Shown in pieces: positions 1-15,421 of a DNA stretch of 64,000 nucleotides. Within the stretch, counting starts at the first letter, position 1. Each line of letters opens with the position of its first letter. The notes beneath the pieces are model-generated. The model did not search any database and was not told where the DNA came from. It saw only the letters and a program-made list of their open reading frames with translations. The translations under genes were made by a program, and so were the position numbers. This DNA is from the human T2T-CHM13v2.0 reference genome, Homo sapiens, in assembly GCF_009914755.1 (NCBI RefSeq), contig NC_060936.1. One strand, given 5' to 3'.

Positions 1-644
1 GGCCTGCTGGGTAGGGAACCGTGCAGATGGGATTCCTTGTCCTTCTCACTCAGTTTTGCTGAGAAGCCCTGTGGCGAAGGGTCTTGATTTGGTCCAGAAA
101 CATGTGCTCAATTATTGGGACATTTTGGAGAGAAGGGGTTGCCTTTCCCCGAGGCAAACCAGGTGTTAATGATGGAAAAAATCCTTATTTTTCCTTAGAC
201 TTATCTGAAGTCTAAGAATGCTATTCAATGGGAAAGATAAAATTTCCCTGCAAGGTGGAAGTGAGGATCAGCAGAGATAACCTCTGGGAATGGAGCTGGG
301 AATGGGGCTAGTGCCTGGCAAGTAACACACAAGAGGAGGGTTTAACGGGCTCCGCATAGCAAGTGGGTTATGGCAGAATTTTAGTTCTGCATCTGCATTC
401 ATCTGACATTTATGAGGAGCCCGTGTCTTATCTATGAACTGAAGGAAATAGTGTATCTAACCAGGGTCTTAGCTGAGCTTTCAAATGCCTGCTTGACAAA
501 TACTAAATAGAAGCATTCTTGATTTGGCCGGGTGCTTTCTGAGGCTCTACAATGGAGCTATGTACTGTAGAACATAGTTCATGGTTCTTGCCCTCTTGAC
601 ACTGTAAGGAATGTCACACATGTATATCCTTCACACAGAATTTC

Positions 645-933
645 CTTTTTTTGAGATAGGATCTCGCTCTGTTTCCCAGTCTGGAGGATAGTGATGTGAT
701 CACAGCTCACTGCAGCCTTGACCTCCCAGGCTCAAGCAGTCCTCTTGTCTCAGCCTCTTGAGTAGCTGGGACTGCGGGCACGCACTACTATGCCTGGCTA
801 ATTTTTTATTTTTTGTAGATATGGGGTGTTGCTATGCTTCTCAGGATGGTCTTGAACTCCTGGCCTTAAGCAGTCCTTCCACCTCAGCCTTCCAAAATGA
901 TGAGATTCTAGGAGTGAGCTATTGTGCCCAGCC
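645..933 (-). mobile_element. AluJ-type SINE
   Basis: Poly-T then diverged antisense Alu dimer. Confidence 0.85.
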
Positions 934-1235
934 CCCACCTACAGATTCTGAACACTTCTAGTGTGTACCTTTTTGTGGTTGGTTTTGGTTCCATTTCTTT
1001 GCCTTTTTAGAAACTCCTTATTTCAGGGAGCGTTGGTATGAATATTTCCGGTGGTGGGGGGAAGAGATAGTCTTTTTCTGTATTTAGAGATAAGCAGTTT
1101 CTGGAAAATAGGTTTCTGTTTAAGAAGTGGGTGTTTGGAGAGACTTAAATTAGGGCTTGTAAGATAGCCTTGGGATGTAAGTTTCTAAAAAGTGGCCCCC
1201 TCCACGAATGCTTTGTATAGTAACCCTTCATTCTT

Positions 1236-1526
<291 letters not shown>

Positions 1527-1955
1527 TAACCCTTCATTCTTGATCAAAGCGGGAATCTGTGCCAGACTTAAGGAGTAGCAAGGGCTAAAGGTTAGAGCAC
1601 TGTGTCCTCCAAACTTTGAATTTTCAGTAGAGGTACTGTCTAATGCTAAGCACAGTTAACCAGTTGTAAATGGAAACCTTTCATGCAAATACTAAATTGG
1701 TTTTTCTCTTTTGCAGTCATACGGAAGATAAGCAGTGTTTCTTCTCCTGCGTTCTTCAGTCTTTAACCATTAGATGGTGCGCCGTTGCAGGGTGTGCACT
1801 GAGGTGGGAGCCGGGGCTGCAGAGATGAAAAAACACAGTCTCTCTCCTCAAGGGGCTCACAGGCTAGGCGTGGGGACAGATAGTTATAGAACAGTTAGTA
1901 AGGGCTGTGATAACTGTGACCTCTTGTGACACTACCGGGAAGGATATCTCAGCCA

Positions 1956-1958
<3 letters not shown>

Positions 1959-2002
<44 letters not shown>
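1959..2002. repeat. (TG)22 microsatellite
   Basis: Perfect dinucleotide run. Confidence 0.98.
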
Positions 2003-2004
<2 letters not shown>

Positions 2005-2077
2005 GACATGACCAGGAGCAGTGCGGATGGTTTTCCTGACATCAGGCTTCAATGTGTATCTCCCCTTTCGCTGTTAA

Positions 2078-2657
<580 letters not shown>

Positions 2658-3214
2658 TCTTAACGTGATCTTAAGCAACTCACACAACAACCCTGTCAGG
2701 TAGGTGGTGGTGGAATCCTCATTTTAAAAAATAAATAAGTAAATAAAAAATAAAAAACCAAAGCTCAGACGTTAATTAGCTGTGTTACCGAGAGGTTACA
2801 CAACTTGTCCACGGAAAAGTGTCTTGAGGAGAAAAGTGACCTACCTTATCTGCCCACAAAAGCCCGGCTTCTGTTAGAGGAGAGTGCAAATGCCAGTTCC
2901 TCTCCAGAGCGGGAAACCCAGATGGGGAAGGTGGATGCCTCGGTCCACTCCATGTCTCTCTGTGGCTGCCCTCCCTGCTGGCGAAACCCTGTGCTTCCCA
3001 GAGTGCATGAACATCGCATCCCCCTGGAAGGCACCCTGATGTCATTCGGCCTGTGTCATTATGTGATCCCGGCTTACCAGAATCCCTGCTGTCTTCACCT
3101 TTGACTTCCGCGCTAAGCCTAACAGCTTCGGCACATCCTAGGAGATTAAGAATCATCTGATGGATTGAAAGGGACACTCAGGGACCTGGAAGCCAACTTT
3201 ATAATCTGTAGTGA

Positions 3215-3428
<214 letters not shown>

Positions 3429-3619
3429 TTTTTTTGTTTGTTTGTTTTTCTTTTCTCACTTGCAAGCTAACAAGTTAAGTGAATTGTGTTTATCTTGAGC
3501 TCTGCAGAGACAAACACAACCTTTGTGGAATGGTGCTTTAGGGGACATTGGCGTGGAGTGGGACAACAAGATAAGTGCTTTTGCTGGATGGTGTTCGTAT
3601 CGTGGCTTGCTTGGACAGG

Positions 3620-4110
3620 TGTGGTGGGCAGATTAATGGCCCCCCGAAGATGTGCACATCCTCATCCACAGAACCTGTGACTGTGCTAGGTCATATGGCA
3701 AAGGCGAATTAAGGTTACAGATGGAATCAAGGTTGCTGGTCTACTGACCTTAACATAGGGAGATTATCTGGATTATCTGAGTGAGCCTGGTGTAATCACA
3801 GGGGTCCTTAAAATTAAGAGGGAATCAAAGAGAGAACCAGAGAGTGAGCAGCAGAGGAAGGATGTCAGCTGCTGTTGGCAGCTTTGAAGATGGAGGAAAG
3901 CCACGGGATTGGGAATATGGGCCCCTCAGAGCTGGAAAAGGCGAGGGGACGGGTTCTCCCCCAGAGCTTCTGGGAAGAACGCAGCCCTGCTGAATCTTGT
4001 GAGACCCAAATCAGACCTCTGACCTCTAGAACTGTAAAATCATAAAGTCTGTTGTTCTAAGCCACTAAGTTTGCGGTAATTTGTTACAGTGACAACAGGA
4101 AACTCATCTT
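3620..4110 (+). mobile_element. MLT1 (D/E-like) ERVL-MaLR solo LTR
   Basis: tgtggtgggcagattaatggcccc ... agggagattatctggattatc ... aagccactaagtttgcggtaatttgttacag, typical MLT1 ends. Confidence 0.85.
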
Positions 4111-4999
4111 CACTCTTCTCCCACCACAGGAGAGCAGAGGAGCCCACCCCGGGCTTAAGATTGAGCTATGCCGTGGGTCCTCGGCACCAGCGAGGGGATC
4201 TAGTGATAGGAGGGCCCTGGTTATAAAAGGAAAGGTCTGTAAAGTGGATCCTTGTTCCCTGGTATAATTTCTATAATAGAAGTGTTGTAGAAAGTTAATT
4301 TTCCTTTTTTTAAAGGATTTATGTGATGGCTGATGAGAGCCTGAGCTCTCATTCCCTAGAATCAAATTACTTCTTGGGTAGAAAATGTGCAGTCCAGATA
4401 GCCAGTGTCTTAGGTGATTACTTTCTGTATTTTGTTGGAGTTCTGTTGTCTGTGATTAGAATTCAGGCCACAGGGTGTGTGTTTTTGGCAGAGTTCTCTA
4501 GCCGCGTGGATCAGGGACCCTCGTGCTGGCCTGTGGAATGGGGTGCTGGTCACCTCATGCTAATTCCAGGACTTCGAGGACTGGCCGATTTCAGTGGAGA
4601 CTGGTCCTGGGTTCCAGGCAGTGCTAGGTCCCCCGCGGGGGAGATGCTCTTCTTCACTGTCCGGCCAGACGCCTTGAAGAGACTGACTCTCACAGGCCAG
4701 CCCTGCCGTCTTTGCAGCCCTGCTTCTTGTGCTGCCGCCGGCTGTCACCCACCACCCTGTTTCTTTTCTGGTACAAAGCTCTGCCCCTGGGAGCTTCTGG
4801 ATCCGCCCAGCTTGAGCCTGCCAGGGCCTGTGTCTCACATATGGACCTTGCTATGAGCTTCCTGGGACCATCAACACTCTTGGCGGTTGTCTAATTGAAT
4901 TAGCCCCATGAGGGCTAATTGAGAGGGAGCCTGGCTGGCCGGGCCCCAGAGCATGAGGCTGGCTATGATCTGGGTTTGGCCGCCCCAGCACAAATGCTT

Positions 5000-5810
5000 T
5001 TTCCCTCCAGAAGTATTAATCAGGCACACCCTGTTGTGTGCAGGCACGGTTCTAGCCCTTGGGGATACAGTGGTAAGCAAGGCGGGTTAGTCCTCTCCCC
5101 TCATGGGACTTCCATGCTAGTGGGGGGATTGTCAGCACATCAGGTCTTATATTGTGAGTGCAGGCAAGAATAGAAAGAAGATGAAGGCTAGAGAGTACTG
5201 GGGCTGGGGAGGGTGGGTGGCTACTTTAGGCTGGGTAGAGAAGTCCTCTGGGGGAGGTGACCTTTCTGGGTGAACTCTGAAACCTAAGTGTCAAGTAGGA
5301 GCCAGGCACGATGGTCGTTCCAGGTGCGGGAAGAGGCCCAGGCAGAGGCCTTCGCTGGAGTGAGCTTGGCGCATTGCAAGGTTAGAAAGAAGGCTAGCTT
5401 GGTCAGAATGTAGAGGGCAGGAGTGAGTGGCAGGAGGTAAGATAGAAGAGGCAAGGGGCCTTGTGGGCCAGGGTAGGAAGTTAGGAGATGGTTTTGGTGG
5501 CACTGGGGAGTACTGGTTTATCTCCACAGGGCGGCTGGGGCCAGTCTACAGGAGACGGGTCTAGGGAGGGTGAGAGCAGGAGCGAGGCTACCAGTTGGGC
5601 GGTTGTGGAGCTCCAGCCTCAGACTAGGACGGTAGCAGCGAGGTGGTGAGGAGCTGTATTCAGGGTGGTTTTTGGACTTGCTGGTGAATTGGACCTGGCA
5701 GATGAAAGGAAGAAAGGAATCAACAGTGACTCTGAGGTTTGGCCTGAGCAGCTGGGGCCATTACTGAAATGAAGAAGGCTGGGCAAGGAGCGGTCAGCTG
5801 TGAAGCTGGG
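5000..5810 (-). mobile_element. Diverged L2 LINE fragment
   Basis: L2-like motifs gggccttgtgggccagggtaggaag, ggacttgctggtgaattgga, tgaggtttggcctgagcagctgg. Confidence 0.6.
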
Positions 5811-6698
5811 GTATGTCACGCTGAGGACACCACAGTGCACAAAGCTCGGCTGCCTGGGGGCTGCCCTGACAGCCAGAGCCGTGGGCGGGCAGCTTCCCTG
5901 AGAAGGGCTGAGGGCTGTCAGTGTGGTGGACATCACAGCCGCCTACTTTGCCCTACCCAGGTGCCCTAGGTTTCTTCTTGCTCCCCTGCCCCTCCCCCTC
6001 TGCTGTCCCTCTCCAGGGGAGGCTTTGGAGTTTGGAGCTTGCGTTCTGAGTGGCGTGGAATATGCATCTCCTGCGGGCTGTTTCTGCTCAGCTGAGTCTG
6101 GTGGTGCTGGAGAAATACTGTCTGCTTTGAATACCCTAGAGACCTCTCCAAGCCCAGCATTGTTGATGTATTTGGGAGCTGACTGCACCATCAGAAAAAT
6201 CTTCTAGAAGGAGGCAGTAGAGAAGGGGTGATTTTGGTAGCTCCAGAAGGGGCTCCAGCATCTGGAGAAAGAATTCTAGGAAGAGGATTCCATGTCATCC
6301 GCCTTTAAGTCTCGGAAGTAAGCATGAAGAATCCCAGTGGTGAGGAGGAAAGGCTGAGGAGTCAGAAAAAGCTCCTACAAGAAGATGGAACAGCTCCTAC
6401 AAAGAGGTGGCTGTGGGTAGAAGCAGCCGCCTGGGGCAGTTTTCAGGCTTTGGAGAAGGAAAGCAGCTTCTCTGTTGAGGAATATTCTGCAAGTAGGTGA
6501 TCCACTTTGAAAGCTGGTTACTATTCCTTCCTTCTAGGCCTGTCGGTGGGGAAGGAGGGCAGCCGTGTTTGCTCTGCTCCCATGAGGCAAATTCGGTCAC
6601 CAAAACAAAAAAACAGCTTCTTATGTAGAAAGCAGGGGAATTAGCCTAGTTTTCGGATATTCACCCAGTATTCTAGCTTTTTAAAGAACAGCCTGAAG

Positions 6699-7010
6699 AG
6701 GCTGGGTGCAGTGGCTCATGTGTGTAACCTCAGCACTATGGGAGGTTGAGGCGGGAGGACTGCCTGAGCCCAGGAGTTTGAGACCAGCCTGGTCAATGTA
6801 GTGAGACCCCCATCTCTACAAAAAAAAAAAAAAAAAAAAAAATTAGCTGGGTGTGGTGGTGCCTGTCTGTAATCCCAGCTGCTGGGGAGGCTGGGGCAAA
6901 AGGATCCCTTGAGCCCAGGAAGTGGAGGCAGCAGAGCTATAATCATACCACTGCACTCCAGCCTGGATGACAGAGCAAGACCCTGTCTCAAACAAGCAAA
7001 CAAACAAATA
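6699..7010 (+). mobile_element. AluJ with expanded A-rich linker
   Basis: Sense Alu dimer. Confidence 0.9.
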
Positions 7011-7949
7011 GAACAGCCTGAAGAACCTCTTCATATGGTTACATGGTCACATGGTAACCAGCCCGTTCACAATGGGCTGCCTCATTTTAAGACTGGCAGT
7101 TGGGACCTGCCCAGATAGCTTGATACTGAGCTTTTTAAAGAAAGTGAATCAATAAATTCCTTTTATTTATTAAAAGGAAACGCTTTCAATGCATTCTTAA
7201 AACAGTATATAATTATCCTAGCTTGGTGTTTTAAACAACTGTTTTCTAGTTGAGTAGCAGGGTCTTTTAAATTGCCTCTTTTGTCTTTAAATTATCAAGC
7301 AGATCTTTCTCTGCCTTGAAGCAGAAAACTCTTTCATCCGTTTGTAGTCAGGCTTTTTTCTTTTTAACACAACTTTCTGTAAGTGTAATTTACATAGCAT
7401 AAAATGGACCCATTGTAAGTGTAAGGTTCAGTGATTTTTTTTTTTAGTTGTGCAGTCATTGTCACAGCCCAGTGCTGGGACATTCCATCACCTCAGTAAG
7501 ATCCCCAGAGTACATCCATGTTGTAGCACACATCAGGTGTTTAGTGCATTTTAATGCTGAATAGTCTTCAGTTTTTTGGATGTACCACATTTTGTTTTCT
7601 TGACATGTTTTTGAGGAGACACCTAGTACCTTTGTTATTCGGGTATTGACTTCCCATTTCCTGTAATAAGGCTCTTATAGAATCAGCTAGGAACTTCCTT
7701 ACAGGATGAGAAGAAGGAAATGGCTGTGAGGTATGTGGAAAGATGATGGGATTGGAAGCCACAAGACAGTGGTGCGACTGGTTAGCATCTGCCCCTTAGC
7801 TCCTTAAGTCTTGGTGCCCATGAGGGTGGAGGATGCAAGAGAGAGAGGGTTAGACTGGAGTCATGGTTACCAACCTTACTCTTCTTCCATGGCTTTCTTT
7901 TTTGAAAGATATTACCTTAGGAACAAAGTGCATTCAGTAATTTAAAAAG

Positions 7950-8945
<996 letters not shown>

Positions 8946-9225
8946 TAAAAAATATTGAAAACAGTTCTGACTTTCAACATTATCTTTAGGAATCTGACTT
9001 GGGAAGTGCAAGATCAGATGATCTTGGAGATCTTAACTATGTCAGTGTCTAGAAATTCCATGATTCTTTATCTTTACTGTGTACAGTAAGTGGAGGAGTG
9101 TTTGGGAAAGTGACCTCCTTGGAGCATTCCTTCTAGACTGAAGATGACGTGGGAATTGGTTTCTTCAGCTTGCACCAGAGCTTGCCAAATCACTCTCTGT
9201 AAAGTTAGTTTGTTAAGACCTTTAC

Positions 9226-10208
<983 letters not shown>

Positions 10209-10706
10209 AAGGTAGTTTTTTTTAGGTGTTCTTACACTACGTCTACCTTCTTGGCCCTGCTCTGTTTAAAGTCACAGGACCATAATCTTCTGAATACCAA
10301 ATCTAAGACTGCCTGGTACACCCCAGAGGTATGCATGTGCCTAGGAGACGGTTAGTTACTCTGAGTTATGAGGAGCTGGGGTGATGATTTTAAGTATTCT
10401 TGTTCTGGGAATGGAGGGTATATTCTCCATTTTGTGAAATTCTTGGACTATAGGTTACATTCCATTTTAAGCTATCACCCCTCAGCATCACCACCATACT
10501 TGACTAAGGTGGGACTGTTTGCATAGGGTAATTTTGGGATGGGGGAAAGGGACAATACTTTGAACTCTATAAACGGTTGATTTGGCTGGAGTTGAAACAA
10601 AATTACAACATTAAGTTAGACTGAGGAGGGCTCTGTCTTGACTCTTGTTTAGTTTCTGACCTGCACATTTTATGTTATGTTACCTATCTTCGGCTTTGCT
10701 TCCCCA

Positions 10707-13110
10707 GTGTGTGTGTTGTTGTGTGTGATGTGTGTTGGTGTGTGGGATGTGTGTGGGGTGTGGTGTGTGTGGTATGTTTGTGTGGTGGGGTGTGTGGTGT
10801 GGGTATGTATGTGTTGTGTGTGTTGTGTGTATGTGTGGTGTGGTCTGTGTATATGTATGTGTGGTGTGTGTGTATGGTGTGTGTGGTGTGCATGTGTTGG
10901 TGTGTTTGCTGTGTGTGTTGGTGTTTGGTGTGTGGGATGTGTGTGGGGTCTGTTGATGTGTGTGTTGGCGTGTAGGGTATGTAGTGTGTGTAGTGTGTGG
11001 GGGTGGATGTCTGTGTGTGGTGTGTGTTGGTGTGTGGTGTGTGTAGTGTATGGTATGTGTTGGTGTGTGTGCAGTGCGGGTGTGGGGTGTGCGTTTGTGC
11101 TGTCTGTATGTAGTGTGTGTGTGGTGTGGGTGCATGGAATGTGTTTGCAGTGTCTGTGTATTGTGTGTGTTGGTGTGTGGTGTGTGTTGGTGTGTGTGGT
11201 GTGTGGGTGGTTATGTGTGTGGTGTGTGTTGGTGTGTTATATGTGGGGTGTGTGTGTTGTATGTGTGGGGTGTGTGTGTGTTTGCGGTGTGTTTGGTGTG
11301 TGGTGTGTGTGTGCGGTGTCTGTGTTGGTGTGTGTGGAGGGTGTGTGTGTTGGTTTGGGGGGTGTGTTTGCGGTGCCTGTGGCATGGGTGTAGTGTGTGT
11401 GTTGGTGTGTATGGTGTGTGTTTGTGGTGTGTGTGTGGTGTGTGTGTTGGTGTGTGGTGTGTTGGTGTGTGTGTTGATATGTGTGTGTGGTGTGTGTGTG
11501 CGGTGTTGGTGTGTGGGGTGTGTTGGTGTGGGGGGTGTGTTTGCGGTGCCTGTGTGGTGTGTGTGGTGTGGGTGTAGTGTGTGGGGGGTGTGTGTATTTG
11601 CAGTGTCTGTGTGTGTCGGTGTGTGTCGTGTGTTGGTGTGTGTGTCAGTGTGTGTGGGGTGTGTGTTTGCAGTGTCTGGTGTGTGGGGTGTGTTGGTGTG
11701 TGTTGGCATGTGTGTGTGGTGTGTGTGTGTTTGCGGTGTCTGGTGTGGTGGTGTGTGGGGTGTGTTGGTGTGTGTGTTGGCATGTGTGTGTGGTGTATGT
11801 GTGTTTGCGGTGTCTGGTGTGGTGTGTGTGCAGGGTGTGGGTGTATTTGCGCTATCTGTGTGGTGTGTGTGGTGGGTTTGCGGTGTCTGGTGTGGTGTGT
11901 TGGTGTGTGTGGTGGTGTGTGTGTGGTGTGTTGTGTGTGTTGGTATGTGTGTGGGGTGTGTGGGATGTGTATGTTTGCAGTGTCTGTGTGTGGTGTTGGT
12001 GTGTGTTGTGTGTGTGGAGTGTGTGGGTGTGTGTATGTGGTGTCTGGTGTGGTATTGTGTGTGTGTTGGTGTGTGGGTGTGTGCGATGTCTGTGTGTGGT
12101 GTGATGGTGTGTGTGGTGTGTGGTGTGTTGGTGTGTGTGTGGTGTGTATGGGTGTGTGTATGTTTGCGGTGGGTGTATGTTTGCAGTGTCTGTGTGGTGG
12201 TGTGTGGTGTGTGTGGTGTGTGTGGGGTGTGGGTGTGTGTATGCGGTGTCTGGTGTGGTATTGGTGTGTGTGTGTTGGTGTGTGGGTGTGTTTGCAATGT
12301 CTGTGTGTGGTGTGTTGGTGTGTGTTGTGTGTGGTGTGTTGGTGTGTGGGTGTGTTTGCAGTGTGTGTTGGTGTGTGGTGTGTTGGTGTGTGTGTTGGTG
12401 TGTGTGTGGTGTATGTTTTCGGTGTCTGTGGTGTTGGTGTGTGTGGTGTGTTGGTGTGTGTGCAGGTGTGTGTGCGGTGTCTGTTGTGTGTTGTGTGTGT
12501 GGTGTGTTGTATGTGTGGTGTGTTGGCATGTGTGTGGTATGTGTGGGTGTGTGTATGCGGTGTCTGTGGTGTTGGTGTGGGGTGTGTGTTATGTGTGTGG
12601 TGTGTTGGTGTGTGTGTTGGTGTGTGTGGGGTGTGGGTGTGTTTGCAGTGTTTCTATGGTGTGGTGTTGGTGTGTGTGGTACGTATGGGGAGTGTGTGGG
12701 TATGTGTGTGCATTTTCTGGTGTTGGTGTGTGATTGTGTGGTGTATTGGTGTGTGTTGGTGTGTTTGTGGGGTGTGGGGGTATGTGTGTGCGGTGTCTGT
12801 GGTGTGGTGTTGGTGTGTTGTGTGTGTGGGGTGTGTGGGAATGTGTGTGGTGTCTGTGGGGTGGTGTTGGTGTATGTTGTGTGTGGTGTGTTGGTATGTG
12901 TTGGTGTGTGTGGGGTGTGGGTATGTGTGTGGTGTCTGTGTGCGGTGTGGTGGTGTGTGTGGTGAGTGCGGTGTGGTGGTGTATGTGGTGTGTGGTGTGT
13001 TGGTGTGTGTGTTGGTTTGTGTGTGGGATGTGTGGGTATGTGTGTGCAGTGTCTGTGTGGTGTGTTGGTGTGTGTGGTATGTTGTGTGTGTGGGGGGGTG
13101 TGTGTTTGCA
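10707..13110. repeat. ~2.4-kb degenerate GT/GGT-rich low-complexity tandem tract
   Basis: Almost entirely G and T on the + strand, with a recurring TTTGC(A/G)GTGTCTG motif. Confidence 0.97.
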
Positions 13111-13596
13111 GTACACACTCACACATGCACACTTACTGCTTGTGCGGCCGCCTTGCACAGGTTCCTTAGGATTCCTGGCTCTGGCTTTTGGATCTGATTT
13201 GGAAAGGTGTTGGCAAGTAGCTTTATGGTTCTTAAGTGCCTTAGCATAGGCCTCGAATCCAGATTCAAATAGCGTTTGTATTTATCCGCCACACAGTGCT
13301 TCCTCTGCAGAGACATGTTTGCTGAAAAGTTGGGGAGTTCTTTAAAGCTTAGGACCTTACTTTTTGGAATTTGTCCACATCTTTCAGGCCTCCTTCCAGA
13401 TTTTACTCATTGTTATTTCTCTATGTTCATAGTATAGTTTTTTTTTTACATTTTAAAATTAAAGTTAACCTTTTCTTTTCAAGTTGCATTTCAAATTATC
13501 ATAGAAAATCAGAAATATAGGTAAAGCTAAAAGAAAGAAATAAAAATTACAACACCCAGAGATAACTTGTCAGTTCTCTAGTGTTTATCCTTATAG

Positions 13597-14061
<465 letters not shown>

Positions 14062-14964
14062 TAGTATTTCATTGTATGGATGTACTACTATTTATTTTCT
14101 CTCTCTCTGTTGATCACCGAGAATATTTCGCTGGTGTTTTTGATAACGCCTCCCATGTTTCTAGGCCCCTGTTCCATTCATCTCTGTTTTCATAGCCCTG
14201 GTTGGCTACTTTCTCTGAAAATGTCTGCTTCCTCCTCCTTCCTGATAGGAGCCTTTACCCTGGGAAGCTTTCAAGTCTCTAAAAATGGCAGCAATTCTTA
14301 TCACCACTTTAGGCACCCCTCCTTGTCCCACTGTCCCACCCTCCCAGGACAGGTGTGTCTAGGGGAATGGTGGTCAGCAGGCGCGGAGCTGAACGGTGGC
14401 CTGTTTATTCTGAGTCCGGGAGTGGAAGCTCCTGCGCTTTCACATTTGTCCAGCAGCCTGCTGTGGGGCAGGGGTAGAACGCACAGTCAGCAGCATGCCC
14501 GCAGGACTGATGCCGCAGCTTGCATGCCTTGTGGTGCTCTGCTGACAGACCCCCGAGGCTGTGACCGCGGTGTCCCCGAGGTGACTCCTGCCCTTGGCTG
14601 TTTGTTGTGCCTGAGGTAGGGAGAGCAAGGCTCTGTGAAAGTTGTGATTCCAGGTGTGAGTCCCCCCAGCTGGCGTGAGCTCTCACGTGGAACTGGAATG
14701 CTGCGGGTACATGTCCCTGCAAGTTACAAAACTGGGGAATGACTTGGTACATGGAAGGAAGAGCTGACTCAACGCTCTGAAAAATGATTTAAGTATTTTT
14801 TGTCAGATTGAGTCCGGAGATGCCGCTGTCTGGCTTGGCAGCCTTGCTTCTCAGCTGCTCGCTTGTGGTGCTTCCGTGGGCCTGTCTGTCCTAACACTTG
14901 CATTGTCAGAAGAGTGCTCGGCAGAGGAGCTTTTGGCCGAAGGCATGAGGACTTTGGTTATGGG

Positions 14965-15421
14965 TGTTTTTTTTGGGCGGACAGGGTCTCGCTCTGTCAC
15001 CCAGGCTGGAGTGCAATGGTGTGATCACAGCTCACTGCAGCGTTGAACCCCTGTGCTTAAGCAGTCCTGTCACCCTGGCCTCACTACAGGTGTGAGCCAC
15101 TGCACCCAGCCTTAATTTTAAAACATAACCAGGGCCAGGTTTGGTGGCTCACGCCTGTAATCACAGCACTTTGGGAGGCTGACGTGGGAGGATCACTTGA
15201 ACCCAGGAGTTCCATATCATCCTGGGCAACATAACGAGACCCTATTTTTACAAAAACTAAAAAATTAGCCAGGTGTGGTGGCTCACACCTGTAGTCCCAG
15301 CTGCTCAGGAGGCTGAGGCGGGAGGATCTCTTGAGACCAGAAGTTGGAGGCTGCTGAACTATGATCACTGCACTCCCGCCTGGGTGACAGAGTGAGACCC
15401 TGCCTCTAAAAAAAAAAAAAA
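14965..15421. mobile_element. Alu monomer (-, 14965-15112) head-to-head with AluJ (+, 15132-15421)
   Basis: Opposite orientations, ~20-bp AT-rich spacer. Confidence 0.85.

Noticed and set aside
10374-10486. Possible C/D snoRNA or miRNA-like hairpin (GTGATGA, ggggtgat...atcacccc)
   Set aside because: Stem only ~9 bp, no terminal CTGA box D, no recognisable family
10677-13249. Very long ORFs (up to 538 aa) rich in V/C/G or H/T/P
   Set aside because: Low-complexity GT sequence rarely makes stop codons; long ORFs occur in overlapping frames on both strands, so this is a compositional artefact
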